NCBI GenBank assembly: GCA_049472315.1
Contig: JBLIRN010000003.1
Location: 22,760 to 86,759, forward strand
Direction of reading: 5' to 3'
Source: a bacterium
Lineage (GTDB): Bacteria; SZUA-182; DTGQ01; JAFGSM01
Length of the DNA: 64,000 nt
The notes under the pieces were generated by a model. That model was not told the origin of the DNA, did not search any database, and was given only the letters and a program-made list of their open reading frames with translations. A program made the position numbers and the translations under genes. This document shows, piece after piece, positions 1 to 10,460 of the stretch (position 1 is its first letter; every line of letters begins with the position of its first letter).

Positions 1-1137
1 CCCGCCGGTGATGTCGCATATCTGCTCGATGACATACTGAGGCTTGATCTCGCAATCGGACCGTTCGTAGCTCAGGGGGTACTCCCTCTTCCATTCCTCG
101 ATGCGGGTGAGCCATTCGGGGTGTTCCTGGGGATCGGTCATGGTGCAGAGGTCGGCCAGGATCTCCCGTGCATTCCCTATGATGGGTATATGCACCTTCA
201 CGATCTTGCCGATCTCCGCGGGGTCGATGTCGATATGGATGATGCGGGCATGTGAAGCAAACTTCTTGACATCCCCGGTCACCCTGTCGTCAAAGCGGGC
301 ACCCACGGCGATCAACAGATCCGATTCGGTCACCGCATAGTTTGCATAGCGAGTGCCGTGCATTCCCAGCATGCCTAGAGAGAGGGCATGCGATTCAGGG
401 AAGGACCCCTTTCCCATGAGGGTGGTGGTGACCGGTATGGACGCCTTTTCTGCCAGTTCCCTGAGCGGTGCCTCCGCACCCGAGGAGATCGCACCTCCCC
501 CCACATAGAAGACAGGTCGTTTCGCGTTTTTGATGGCCTCCGCAGCCAGCTTGAGATACCGTTGATTCTCTTCTCTATACCGTGACGAGGAGGGATTGGG
601 ATACGCCTCGCGGTTTACCCGTTCGTACCGCGTGGTTTCCTTCACCTGGACATCCTTGGGGAGATCCACCAGGATCGGCCCTGGACGGTCGCTGGTGGCG
701 AGATGGAATGCCTCATCCAGGACATCCCTCAGGTTTTCCACGTTTCTGACAAGGTAGTTGTATTTGGTGATAGGGATGGTGATGCCGTAAATGTCGGCCT
801 CTTGAAAGCTGTCATTACCGATCATGGAGGTGGGTACCTGTCCGGTGAAGGCCACCAGGGGCACGGAATCCATGCATGCATTGGCAAGGCCCGTCACCAA
901 GTTCGTTGCCCCAGGTCCGGAGGTGGCAATGCAGACGCCGACCTTGCCGGTGGCCCGCGCATACCCGTCCGCCGCATGCACGGCCCCCTGTTCGTGCCTG
1001 GTGAGAATGTGACGGATGGGGGATTGATAGAGCTGGTCATAGATGGGAAGCACCGCTCCCCCGGGGAACCCGAAAATCGTATCCACCCCGTGTTCGATCA
1101 GCGTATCCACGAATAACTTGGCGCCACTCTTTTTCAC
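1..1137 (-). CDS. ilvB: Acetolactate synthase large subunit, second copy (3' end runs out of the window)
   Basis: Not in the ORF track. The reverse strand reads [26 protein letters not shown]...[33 protein letters not shown]. The GTG start overlaps the TGA of the upstream ilvB (GTGA). Confidence 0.92.
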   Translation of the reverse strand, partial: MKKSGAKLFVDTLIEHGVDTIFGFPGGAVLPIYDQLYQSPIRHILTRHEQGAVHAADGYARATGKVGVCIATSGPGATNLVTGLANACMDSVPLVAFTGQVPTSMIGNDSFQEADIYGITIPITKYNYLVRNVENLRDVLDEAFHLATSDRPGPILVDLPKDVQVKETTRYERVNREAYPNPSSSRYREENQRYLKLAAEAIKNAKRPVFYVGGGAISSGAEAPLRELAEKASIPVTTTLMGKGSFPESHALSLGMLGMHGTRYANYAVTESDLLIAVGARFDDRVTGDVKKFASHARIIHIDIDPAEIGKIVKVHIPIIGNAREILADLCTMTDPQEHPEWLTRIEEWKREYPLSYERSDCEIKPQYVIEQICDITGG

Positions 1138-2804
1138 GGCAGAATCATCTCCTCGATCCCGGCCCCTGCGGGGACCATGGGGAAAACGTTTTCTTCTCTG
1201 GCAACGCGCACATCAACAACCACGGGTTTATCGGTTGCGAATGCCTCTTCAAGCACCGGACGCAGCTCATCGGGTTTCTCGGCCCTGAGGCCGACGGCGC
1301 CGTATGCCTCAGCCAATTTGACGAAGTCGGGCGAGCAGTCCAGGCAGGTTCCGGAGTACCGCTTCTTCATGAACAGATCCTGCCATTGCCTGACCATGCC
1401 CAGGTACTGGTTGTTGAGGATGACCACATTCACCGGCACATTGTACTGCACCGCTGTGGCAAGTTCCTGGGAGACCATCTGGAAACTCCCATCGCCCGCC
1501 ACATCGATGACCAGTGCGTCGGGCCGTGACAGTTGCGCGCCGATGGCTGCCGGGAATCCGAATCCCATGGTCCCGAGCCCGCCCGAGGAGAGGAATGTCC
1601 TGGGTTTCGTAAAGGTGTAGTAGTGGGCGACCCACATCTGGTGCTGCCCGACCTCGGTGGCAATGACGGTGGTGCGGTCCTTGGTGAGATCGTAGATCTC
1701 CTTCACCACGCACTGTGGTTTTATGATCGTATCCGAACACTCGAAGGTCAGGGGGAAGTCCCGTTTCCAGGTCTCGATACGCTCGAGCCATCCCGACCGG
1801 TCCACCGGATGGATCTCCTTGGTCAGTGCGGTGAGGATGGCCTTGGCATCCCCCACGATGGGGACCTGGACCCTGATATTCTTGCTTATGGCTGTCGGGT
1901 CAATATCGATATGGATGTAGGTGGCATTGGGTGCGAACTTGTCCAGCCTACCGGTAACCCGATCGTCAAACCGCGCACCGATTGCTATGAGCAGGTCGCA
2001 CTCGGTCACGGCCATGTTGGCGTATTTGGTTCCATGCATCCCCAGCATGCCGAGAAAATGGGGGTTGAGGCCGCTGATACCCCCCAATCCCATAAGGGTT
2101 GTGGTGATCGGAAGATGACCTGTGTCTACCAGCCGGGTCAATTCCTCGGCAGCGCCCGAGGCGATAACACCGCCCCCCGCATAGACCACCGGTCTTTTCG
2201 ACTCGTTGATGAGCTTCGCAGCCATGCCGATCTGCTTCGGGTGCCCATGGAAGGTGGGCTTGTATCCCCGCAAATCCAACTCCTTGGGATAGTGAAAGGG
2301 ACAGCTATCCAGGAGCACATCCTTGGGCAGGTCCACGAGGACCGGCCCCGGACGTCCGGTGGTGGCGATGTGGAACGCTTCCTTGACCGTCCTGGCCAAG
2401 TCCTTGACATCCCTCACCAGGTAGTTGTGTTTGGTGATCGATCTGGTGATGCCGACGATATCCGCCTCCTGGAATGCATCGTTCCCGATCATGCTGGTGG
2501 GGACCTGCCCGGTGAAGGCGACCATCGGGATGGAATCCATGTAGGCGGTGGCAAGGCCGGTGACGATATTGGTGGCACCCGGCCCGGAGGTGGTCATGCA
2601 TACCCCGGCCCTTCCGCTCGCCCGGGCATATCCGTCTGCGGCATGGACTGCGCCCTGTTCGTGGCGCACCAGGATGTGCTGGATAGGGGAATCAAGGAGC
2701 AGGTCATAGATCCCCAGGACGGTCGCCCCGGGAAAACCGAATATGTGGGTAACCCCTTCCTTGCGAAGGCTTTCCAAGAATATCTGAGAGCCTGTCATGG
2801 TCAT
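1134..2804 (-). CDS. ilvB: Acetolactate synthase large subunit (biosynthetic)
   Basis: [30 protein letters not shown] and the TPP-binding GDGSFQM...[12 protein letters not shown] motifs; start trimmed to MTMTGSQ. Confidence 0.96.
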   Translation of the reverse strand: MTMTGSQIFLESLRKEGVTHIFGFPGATVLGIYDLLLDSPIQHILVRHEQGAVHAADGYARASGRAGVCMTTSGPGATNIVTGLATAYMDSIPMVAFTGQVPTSMIGNDAFQEADIVGITRSITKHNYLVRDVKDLARTVKEAFHIATTGRPGPVLVDLPKDVLLDSCPFHYPKELDLRGYKPTFHGHPKQIGMAAKLINESKRPVVYAGGGVIASGAAEELTRLVDTGHLPITTTLMGLGGISGLNPHFLGMLGMHGTKYANMAVTECDLLIAIGARFDDRVTGRLDKFAPNATYIHIDIDPTAISKNIRVQVPIVGDAKAILTALTKEIHPVDRSGWLERIETWKRDFPLTFECSDTIIKPQCVVKEIYDLTKDRTTVIATEVGQHQMWVAHYYTFTKPRTFLSSGGLGTMGFGFPAAIGAQLSRPDALVIDVAGDGSFQMVSQELATAVQYNVPVNVVILNNQYLGMVRQWQDLFMKKRYSGTCLDCSPDFVKLAEAYGAVGLRAEKPDELRPVLEEAFATDKPVVVDVRVAREENVFPMVPAGAGIEEMILP

Positions 2805-2953
2805 TGGTCTCACTTCCACGTATTATAGGTGTCTATATGATCGGGGAATCCCGACTGGGTGCCGCACCGGAGGGGTGGCCTGCCCAGGAATACCCGATGC
2901 ATACCATATGCGAGATTTACATCGTATACTGTCACAAATGTTCGTATGAAGGC

Positions 2954-4630
2954 TTACGCCTTCCGGGGATTTCTGAGGATCGCCCCGGTGCTCGCCGATG
3001 TCACCAGGCTGCTGTACCGTGCCAGGTACCCTGTCTGGATCTTGGGTGCGGGGGCCTTCCATCGTTCACCCCTTCGCTTAAGCTCCTCCTGGGAGACAAG
3101 TGCCTCCAGCCGTCTGCCGGGGATATCGATCCGTATGGGATCCCCGTCCTGGATCAGGGCGATGGTACCTCCCTCCATGGCCTCCGGTGATACATGCCCG
3201 ATGCACGGTCCCCTGGTCCCCCCTGAGAAACGCCCGTCCGTAATGAGGGCGACGGAATCGGCAAGCCCCATACCCATAATGGCTGCGGTGGGGGAGAGCA
3301 TCTCCCGCATCCCCGGCCCTCCCTTGGGGCCTTCGTAACGGATGACCAGCACATCCCCCGGATGGATAGCCCTTCCCATGATCGCCTTCATGGCGGCCTC
3401 CTCCGATTCGAAGCAGCGGGCCTTCCCCTCGAACACCATCATCTCCGGTTTCACCGCCGATTGCTTGACAATCGATCCATCGGGTGCGAGGTTCCCCTTC
3501 AGTACCGCCATACCACCCTCCTTGTGGTACGGCCGGTCCAACGGCCTGATGATATCGTCATCACATATAACGGCCTGGTCGGCGATTTCATGGGTGGTGG
3601 AACCGGTCACCGTGGGGGTGTCATGCAGCTTGTCCTTGATTCTCTTCTGGACCCCGGGAACCCCCCCGGCTGCATCGAGGTCCTCCATGAAATGGTCCCC
3701 GCCCGGCCTGAGGTTGGTCAAATGGGGCGTATCACGGCTGATGTCGTCGAAGAGGTCCAGGGGAAGGTCCACCCCTGCATCCGCCGCGATTGCGGGCAGA
3801 TGGAGGGCGGTATTGGTGGAACCCCCCAGGGTCATATCGATGCGGACCGCGTTTTCAAAGGACTTCCGGGTGAGGAACATCCGTGCGTGCTGATCATTCC
3901 TTATCAAATCCACCACCCTTCGGCCGCTTTCGAATGCAATGCGCCTTTTTTGTGCGGAGACCGCAAGCGCGGTGGCGGAACCGGCCAGGGACATCCCCAG
4001 TGCCTCCGTCATGCAGGCCATGGTATTGGCGGTATACAGCCCCTGGCAGGAACCCGCACCGGGGCACGCCGCGATCTCGAGGTCGGACAGTTCCTCCTGT
4101 GAGATCTCCCCCTTCTGATAGCGGCCCACCGCCTCAAAGGTGTCCCTCACCAGGGAGAGACGTCGCATCTTATGCCTGCCTGCAAGCATCGGCCCGGCGG
4201 TGACCACGACGGCAGGCAGATCGAGACGAGCGGCCGCCATCAGCATGCCGGGGGTGATCTTGTCACAGTTGGTGAGAAGCACGATGCCGTCGAGGGAATG
4301 CGCCATGACGATGCTCTCGATCATGTCGGCGATGAGCTCCCGCGAGGGGAGGGAATAGTGCATTCCGGAGTGCCCCATGGCGATGCCGTCGCAGATTCCC
4401 GGGACGCTGGTTATGAAACTATATCCCCCGCCCGAATGGATGCCCTTCTCGACGAATCGTTCCATGTCACGCATGCCGATATGCCCGGGAATGAGATCGG
4501 TAAAGGAGGAAACGAGCCCTATCAAGGGGGTTTCGAGTGCGGAACGCGGGAATCCCGTGGCGTACAGAAGTGCACGGTGAGGCGCCCGCTCGATACCGGC
4601 AAGGATCGTTTGACTTTTCAGGTTATTCAT
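2954..4630 (-). CDS. ilvD: Dihydroxy-acid dehydratase
   Basis: [42 protein letters not shown] and ITDGRFSG motifs. Confidence 0.97.
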   Translation of the reverse strand: MNNLKSQTILAGIERAPHRALLYATGFPRSALETPLIGLVSSFTDLIPGHIGMRDMERFVEKGIHSGGGYSFITSVPGICDGIAMGHSGMHYSLPSRELIADMIESIVMAHSLDGIVLLTNCDKITPGMLMAAARLDLPAVVVTAGPMLAGRHKMRRLSLVRDTFEAVGRYQKGEISQEELSDLEIAACPGAGSCQGLYTANTMACMTEALGMSLAGSATALAVSAQKRRIAFESGRRVVDLIRNDQHARMFLTRKSFENAVRIDMTLGGSTNTALHLPAIAADAGVDLPLDLFDDISRDTPHLTNLRPGGDHFMEDLDAAGGVPGVQKRIKDKLHDTPTVTGSTTHEIADQAVICDDDIIRPLDRPYHKEGGMAVLKGNLAPDGSIVKQSAVKPEMMVFEGKARCFESEEAAMKAIMGRAIHPGDVLVIRYEGPKGGPGMREMLSPTAAIMGMGLADSVALITDGRFSGGTRGPCIGHVSPEAMEGGTIALIQDGDPIRIDIPGRRLEALVSQEELKRRGERWKAPAPKIQTGYLARYSSLVTSASTGAILRNPRKA

Positions 4631-4907
4631 ATTTACTCCTTTGTCCGTCACCCCTTTGGGATGCCTTTTCATTACACCGGCCCTCCCTTGAGATGCATCC
4701 CTGGATGATTTCAGCCATTCTGTCCTTCGTCCAGAGTTTTTGTTTCTTTATCTCCCTTTCCATCTGCTCCTGCTGAGGAGTGAGAAAGGCATGCCGTGTA
4801 AGCTCTTCGAGCCTTTTCTCATATTCCCTGTGTTTTTCTTCGAGCTTCTTGAATTCCCTATTATGCTGACGAAGCACTTCCACGATCTTGGACTTGTCAG
4901 GGTACAT
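4623..4907 (-). CDS. Small coiled-coil protein, DUF465/YdcH-like
   Basis: [16 protein letters not shown]...[12 protein letters not shown] pattern; sits directly upstream of ilvD. Confidence 0.65.
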   Translation of the reverse strand: MYPDKSKIVEVLRQHNREFKKLEEKHREYEKRLEELTRHAFLTPQQEQMEREIKKQKLWTKDRMAEIIQGCISREGRCNEKASQRGDGQRSKYE

Positions 4908-4978
4908 CGTTACCATCTCCCCTAAAAACGCCGGTAGGTTCAATGACATCATGCCGTGGTCCGCGCATGGGCAGTGGA

Positions 4979-6430
4979 CTACGGCCTTAGTTCAAACCCG
5001 TCCTCGAGGACCTTGTTGATCTCTTGCAGGCGAGATCGTGTCTCGGGCGTTTGAGGGGACCGTAAGAGATTACCCTTTTCGCTATTGAGCCTGATCCTGT
5101 CCGCGTGGGTGAGGATATGGATCTTGTCCGAATTGGCGAGGAGAACACCCGGCACCTTTATTGCCGTGCTCTCTGCCCCGTCACTCAATTCCTCCTGGTG
5201 CACCTTGGTGAGAAAAAGCTGGGCCAGTTTTTCCGGTTCCTGAGTATCCTTGGATCGAAAGATTGCCAAAAGCTCATTTCTCATTTCGGATCTGACCAGA
5301 ATGGAGCTCTGAACCGATTTCATATCCCCGGGGATGTATGCCCGCAAGATGGTGCTGTCCTCAGGAGGAGCGAGGGAAGGGGGAGCAGGCTCCGGTGCGG
5401 GGATGACCACAGGGGCGGGTGGTGCCACCGTGGGGGGCGCCACCGGTTCTTTTGGAACCGATGCCACCTCGATCGGTTTTTCCAGGACCCCCTTGGTGAA
5501 GGGCATTGCTTCATATTCAGCCTTTCCTTTAGGGGGAAGGGGCTTTTGAACGACAACCGGAGGTTCCGGGCTCGGCGCCGGCGCCTTTTTGGCTTCGGCC
5601 ACATCCATTTTGGCCTTGGTGAGCCAGGTTTGCACCTCTCGGGCATCCGCGCTGTTCGGCTGCTCGTATTTCAGGAATCCCTCGTAATACATGATCGCCT
5701 TTTCATTGTCATTCAGTTCGAAGTCATAGGTTTTGCCGAGATTGTACAGCGCATCCGTATAATTCGGTCTGAGATCGAGGGCCTTTTGATACTCCCTGAC
5801 CGCCATTTGATGCTTTCCCTCCCTGCTGTAAAGATTCCCCCGGTTTTTATGGGCAATCGCCTTTTTGTAGCTTTCCTCATCCGGTTCCTGGGCCGCTTTT
5901 TCAGGCGGTGCCGGTTTCTCCGGCACAGGGACGGCAACGGGGGGGGCAGCCGGCAAAGGCGGTGGTGTGACCACCACGGCGGGAGGGGGTTCCGCTGGAG
6001 GCGCCGGAGGGGTGACAACCACCGCAGGGGGCTCGGCCTTTTTTTCAACCGCGAGTTGTTGCGGTTTTATGCCATGCTCCTGTTCAATGGTTGCCAGCCA
6101 GCCCTTTATTTGTTGGGCGTCAGGGGTGTTGCCTTCGAATTCCAGAAATTTTTGCAGATAATTTGCCGCCTTTTGATAGTCCTTCAGATCGCTGTAATAG
6201 GTAACCCCCAAATTGTAATACGCGTCCACATACTGGGGATAAATCCTGACTGCCTCTTCATATTCTTTGACCGCCTTCTGGAACTCCCCATTATCACAAT
6301 ATTCATTTCCCAGACGGTTATGGGTCTCCGCCTCCTGAGGGACCTGGGCGAGGGATAGAGAGGGACTCAACAGTGCGAGTGAAATGATGGACACCCAGAT
6401 TGCTGTTTTGAGATCGCGTACCCTGAGCAT
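4979..6430 (-). CDS. Secreted TPR-repeat protein with Pro/Ala/Val-rich linkers
   Basis: Signal peptide (SLSLA/Q); two TPR clusters (HNRLGNEY..DAYYNLG; HKNRGNLY..DALYNLG); AGGAG RBS. Confidence 0.85.
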   Translation of the reverse strand: MLRVRDLKTAIWVSIISLALLSPSLSLAQVPQEAETHNRLGNEYCDNGEFQKAVKEYEEAVRIYPQYVDAYYNLGVTYYSDLKDYQKAANYLQKFLEFEGNTPDAQQIKGWLATIEQEHGIKPQQLAVEKKAEPPAVVVTPPAPPAEPPPAVVVTPPPLPAAPPVAVPVPEKPAPPEKAAQEPDEESYKKAIAHKNRGNLYSREGKHQMAVREYQKALDLRPNYTDALYNLGKTYDFELNDNEKAIMYYEGFLKYEQPNSADAREVQTWLTKAKMDVAEAKKAPAPSPEPPVVVQKPLPPKGKAEYEAMPFTKGVLEKPIEVASVPKEPVAPPTVAPPAPVVIPAPEPAPPSLAPPEDSTILRAYIPGDMKSVQSSILVRSEMRNELLAIFRSKDTQEPEKLAQLFLTKVHQEELSDGAESTAIKVPGVLLANSDKIHILTHADRIRLNSEKGNLLRSPQTPETRSRLQEINKVLEDGFELRP

Positions 6431-6877
6431 TGCTTTGATCTCCTTTCTTTAAAACTTTCGCTCTTTAGCCGGCCACTTCCGGTGATGGCCCGGTTATTAA
6501 CGCAGGACGTGCAATAAACATCACTCTATCATACCATCTTGAGCAATGTCAAGGTAGTCTACCCGCAATTTCGTAGAAAAAACAAGATACTAAACACGGT
6601 CGCAGGTGATTCGGTCGCTCCCTCGGCCCCGGTGTTTGCGATACGGAGGTGCCGCGCATAATAAAACCGGTTGACTTTTATACCGTTTTGCCATACAGTA
6701 GGGCCGTTGGGAGGCTGTCTGCGCCGCCACCCCACCCACGGGGATTATCCATGATTCCGTCAACAAGGGCCCGCTCACGTGTTCCCTCTTGAGGGAAAAG
6801 GAATTCATGCATTAGTTTGATGCGGTCTTCATCCACTTGAGCGGAATGACTGGGTACCATTTCATTACACAGGATTC

Positions 6878-7564
6878 ATGACGTCTCTTTCGTCCCTTTT
6901 TGGTATTATCGTAGGTTCCTCACATTTTGAGGGGGGGTTGGTCACCCTCTTTGCCCGGGATCAGGTGAGAAACGCCCTGATACAGGTGTTGCAGCCCTTT
7001 TCGTCAGGGGCCCTTCTCTCCCTGGCCATTGTACATCTGCTCCCCTTGTCTCTCAGGATGTTTCCCTGGTCTGCAGTGGTGCTCCTCGGCACTATTGCCG
7101 GGCTCATGGTGCTGTCGGAATTCAATACACCCGACAGGGTCCTGGTCCTTACCCCCCGGTGGGGCCAGGGGTTTCTCCTCATGGTGTATTCTTTGAGTCT
7201 GGGGATTGTGCTGGGCATTCCACTCCCGCTGGGATTCCGGATGGTCCTTATCGCCGCTATTGTTGGGATTCCGGTCCAGTTTGTGCAGGGGGTGAAGCGG
7301 AGTGTCAGAAAATCGGGCCAGCGGGAAAGGGGAGGTATGATGCGGCTCGTGGTGACCTCCCTGCCCATACCATTGACCGTATTTGTGCTGCAGGTACTCT
7401 CCCCGCGGCTTTCTTCCGCGCATGTCGGTTTTCTTCTTTCCTTCGCCTCCGCAGTGATCTTCTACCAGGGCATGCTGGAATTCCGGATACCCTATCCCTT
7501 TTCACGATCCGCCTTGAAGGTCCTCTATTTCCTCACCGGGGTCTTTCTCGTGTACTGCCTGTAG
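6878..7564 (+). CDS. Multi-pass membrane protein, divergent ZIP-family transporter-like
   Basis: About 7-8 hydrophobic segments; FSSGALLSLAIVHLLP resembles ZIP TM2; the TM4/TM5 metal ligands are not evident. Confidence 0.5.
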   Translation: MTSLSSLFGIIVGSSHFEGGLVTLFARDQVRNALIQVLQPFSSGALLSLAIVHLLPLSLRMFPWSAVVLLGTIAGLMVLSEFNTPDRVLVLTPRWGQGFLLMVYSLSLGIVLGIPLPLGFRMVLIAAIVGIPVQFVQGVKRSVRKSGQRERGGMMRLVVTSLPIPLTVFVLQVLSPRLSSAHVGFLLSFASAVIFYQGMLEFRIPYPFSRSALKVLYFLTGVFLVYCL

Positions 7565-7584
7565 ACCATTAAATTTCGGAGAAC

Positions 7585-7754
7585 GGGAAGGGGGGTGCGC
7601 CTGTGTGCCTGCGGACGAGCACTACAGCCTGTCGGCGAAGCTGAGGAAAAGCACACCGCTTGTTCGAGCCCGAAGGGCGAGTTGAGGTGTGCCCGAAGCA
7701 AGCCTTACAGGCTGTGTGCAAGGGAGCCGAAACAAAAGGCGCATCCCCCTTCCC
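7585..7754. repeat. 170-bp nested palindromic intergenic element (REP/MITE-like or structured RNA)
   Basis: GGGAAGGGGGGTGCGCCT pairs with AGGCGCATCCCCCTTCCC; ACAGCCTGT with ACAGGCTGT; GCACACC with GGTGTGC; apical GCCC-GAA-GGGC hairpin. Confidence 0.7.
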
Positions 7755-7846
7755 ATACAATACTGAACAATTATTTCTTTGCCAACTACGCGCCGTTATG
7801 GTATTTTAGAAGGAAATCGCTATGAATGCATACAGGAGACCCTGAT

Positions 7847-8380
7847 ATGGATGGAAATACGGATGGATCCCAGCCCGCCAAGAGATACAGACTAACCATA
7901 CTGGGATTGGGGAACCTTTTGTTCAAAGACGAGGGATTCGGGGTCCATTTTGTAAGGGCGTTTCAGGGCAAGTACCGCCTCCCCGATGATGTAGCCGTTA
8001 TAGACGGCGGCACCCTCGGGTATATGCTCATGGATGACATCTGTCAGACCGAGCACCTGGTGGTTGTGGATACGGTGAGGGCCGATGACGCCCCCGGCTC
8101 AATTTACCGTTTCACTCCCGAGGCGATTCCCCTGCGGGTGCATTACAATGTAAGCGCCCATGAGGTGGAGTTCCTGGACGTACTCTCCAAGGCGGCAATG
8201 CTGGGGGAGGCCCCCGAGACCGTGATCATCGCGGTCGTGCCCGAGGACATTGTGGGCACGGGGATTGAGCTGACCCCGTCGGTACAGGCATCTCTGCCGA
8301 AGGTGGAGGCACTGGTGAAGGAGGAATTGCATAGGATGGGGGTCGCGGTTGACGAGATGCACCCTGAGCAGGTGGGGTGA
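7847..8380 (+). CDS. Hydrogenase maturation protease (HyaD/HybD family)
   Basis: LGLGNLLFKDEGFGV, IDGGT and SAHEV motifs. Confidence 0.93.
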   Translation: MDGNTDGSQPAKRYRLTILGLGNLLFKDEGFGVHFVRAFQGKYRLPDDVAVIDGGTLGYMLMDDICQTEHLVVVDTVRADDAPGSIYRFTPEAIPLRVHYNVSAHEVEFLDVLSKAAMLGEAPETVIIAVVPEDIVGTGIELTPSVQASLPKVEALVKEELHRMGVAVDEMHPEQVG

Positions 8381-8437
8381 GACACCGGGGTTTCACTACG
8401 TAATAACCCCCAATCCGTTGAAAGAGGAACATCGATC

Positions 8438-8686
8438 ATGTGTATTGCATTTCCGGCAAAGGTATTCAAGATCGAGGAGAACAACATGGCCCTGGTCGAG
8501 ATCGAGGGGACGGTCAAGAGGGTCTCCCTTGATCTCTTGGATGGGGAGGTCTCCCTGGGCGATTATGTCATTTCCCATGCAGGATTTGCCATCCATCTCG
8601 TGGATAAGGATGCCGCCGAGGAGAGGCTTGAGCTCCTCAGGGAATTGATCAGCATCGAATGCGGGGATGAACAGGAATCGCCATGA
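8438..8686 (+). CDS. hypC: Hydrogenase maturation chaperone HypC
   Basis: N-terminal MCIAFPA and GDYVISHAGFAI. Confidence 0.95.
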   Translation: MCIAFPAKVFKIEENNMALVEIEGTVKRVSLDLLDGEVSLGDYVISHAGFAIHLVDKDAAEERLELLRELISIECGDEQESP

Positions 8687-9789
8687 AGTACATCGATGAA
8701 TATCGTGATCGCGACATCTCCGCGGCACTGCTGAAGCGGATCACGGCCCTGAAGGGGGAGATCCCGCACCCTGTCAAGATCATGGAGATATGCGGGACCC
8801 ATACCGTGTCAATCTCCAAGTCCGGCATTCGCCAACTGCTGCCGGATGATCTACAGATCATCTCAGGCCCCGGGTGTCCGGTGTGCGTTACTCCGCTCGG
8901 GGAGGTGGATGCGGCCATCGACCTGGCATCCATGGATGAGGTCATCCTCACGACGTACGGCGACATGGTTCGGGTTCCCGGGACCGCATCGAGCCTCCAG
9001 GAATTAAAGGCCTCCGGCAGTGATATCCGGGTGGTCTATTCATCCCTGGATGCACTGGAGATCGCGGAGAAGAACCCGGAACGGCAGGTGGTGTTTCTGG
9101 CGGTGGGATTCGAAACCACCGCACCCGCATCCGCCCTGGCCATCCATCGGGCGAGGGACAGGGGGCTCGGCAACTTCAGCGTGCTCTGCCTGCACAAGGT
9201 GATTCCCCCGGCCTTGCATGCGTTATTGCCGGAGAATGCGAACCGAATCGACGGATTTATCTGCCCGGGGCATGTGAGCGTGATCATCGGTGCACAGGCG
9301 TATGAATGTCTGGCCAAGGCAGGCAAGGCCGCGGTGATTACAGGGTTTGAACCCCTGGATATCCTTGAAGGGCTATGGTTGATTATGCGGCAGATCCGTG
9401 CCTGCGAACCGAAGGTGGAGATACAGTATGCCCGGGTGGTAACCTGGGAGGGAAACAGGACCGCGCAACGGGAGATGGAAAGGGCCTTCGAGCCCTGCAC
9501 CGCATCATGGAGAGGGCTCGGAGAGATACCAGAAAGCGGACTGAGGATACGGGAGGAATTTCGAGCCTGTGATGCAGCGGCGCGTTTCGGGGTAACCGTA
9601 GAACATAAGGCGGATCCCCCCGGCTGCTCCTGCGGGGATATCCTGCGGGGGATGATGTCGCCTCAGGAGTGCGCACTGTTCGGCACTGCCTGCAATCCCT
9701 CTCATCCGGTGGGGCCCTGCATGGTTTCCTCGGAAGGCGCGTGCGCTGCATACTACAAATATTCACAGCGGAAAGGCACAAGGCAATGA
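8683..9789 (+). CDS. hypD: Hydrogenase maturation protein HypD
   Basis: MEICGTH, GPGCPVC, GFETTAP, PGHVS and GPCMVSSEGAC motifs. Confidence 0.97.
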   Translation: MKYIDEYRDRDISAALLKRITALKGEIPHPVKIMEICGTHTVSISKSGIRQLLPDDLQIISGPGCPVCVTPLGEVDAAIDLASMDEVILTTYGDMVRVPGTASSLQELKASGSDIRVVYSSLDALEIAEKNPERQVVFLAVGFETTAPASALAIHRARDRGLGNFSVLCLHKVIPPALHALLPENANRIDGFICPGHVSVIIGAQAYECLAKAGKAAVITGFEPLDILEGLWLIMRQIRACEPKVEIQYARVVTWEGNRTAQREMERAFEPCTASWRGLGEIPESGLRIREEFRACDAAARFGVTVEHKADPPGCSCGDILRGMMSPQECALFGTACNPSHPVGPCMVSSEGACAAYYKYSQRKGTRQ

Positions 9790-10448
9790 AGATACCGGTG
9801 GTAACGAATATTCTCAAGGCAAATCAGCAGATCGCCAACGATAACAGGTCCCTGTTCCAACAGAAGGGGATCTATGTGATGAACCTGATGAGCTCTCCGG
9901 GGGCGGGAAAAACCACGCTTCTGGAACGTACCATAGGCACCCTCAAGGATCGGTACCGCATGGCGGTTATCGAGGGTGACATCCAGGACACCTGTGACAG
10001 TGCGCGCATCGCCGCACACGGCATCCCCGCCGTCCAAATCAACACCGGCGGCGCCTGCCACCTGGATGCACCCATGATCCATCAGGCCCTCTCTTCGCTT
10101 GATCTTGACGGTCTCGATGTCCTGGTGGTCGAGAATGTCGGGAACCTGGTGTGCCCGGCTGAATTCGATATCGGGGAGCACGACAAGGTGATGATCCTGA
10201 GCGTTACCGAAGGGGACGACAAGCCCCAGAAGTACCCGCTCATGTTCTCCCTGTCCTCCGCCCTCCTCCTCAACAAGATCGATCTCCTCCCCCATGTGTC
10301 CTTTGATATGGATAAGGCAAAGGATGTCGCGAGAAAATTGCGTCCCGGCATAGAGATATTCGATGTCTCGTGTACGAAGGGTTCCGGCCTGTCAGCCTGG
10401 TGTGAATGGCTTGCGCAGAGGATTGACGGAGCCAGGGCCGGCGCATGA
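9786..10448 (+). CDS. hypB: Nickel incorporation GTPase HypB
   Basis: SSPGAGKTT, ACHLDA, ENVGNLVCPA and NKIDL motifs; ATG overlaps the hypD stop (ATGA). Confidence 0.96.
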   Translation: MKIPVVTNILKANQQIANDNRSLFQQKGIYVMNLMSSPGAGKTTLLERTIGTLKDRYRMAVIEGDIQDTCDSARIAAHGIPAVQINTGGACHLDAPMIHQALSSLDLDGLDVLVVENVGNLVCPAEFDIGEHDKVMILSVTEGDDKPQKYPLMFSLSSALLLNKIDLLPHVSFDMDKAKDVARKLRPGIEIFDVSCTKGSGLSAWCEWLAQRIDGARAGA

Positions 10449-10460
10449 CGGGAGTGTTCC

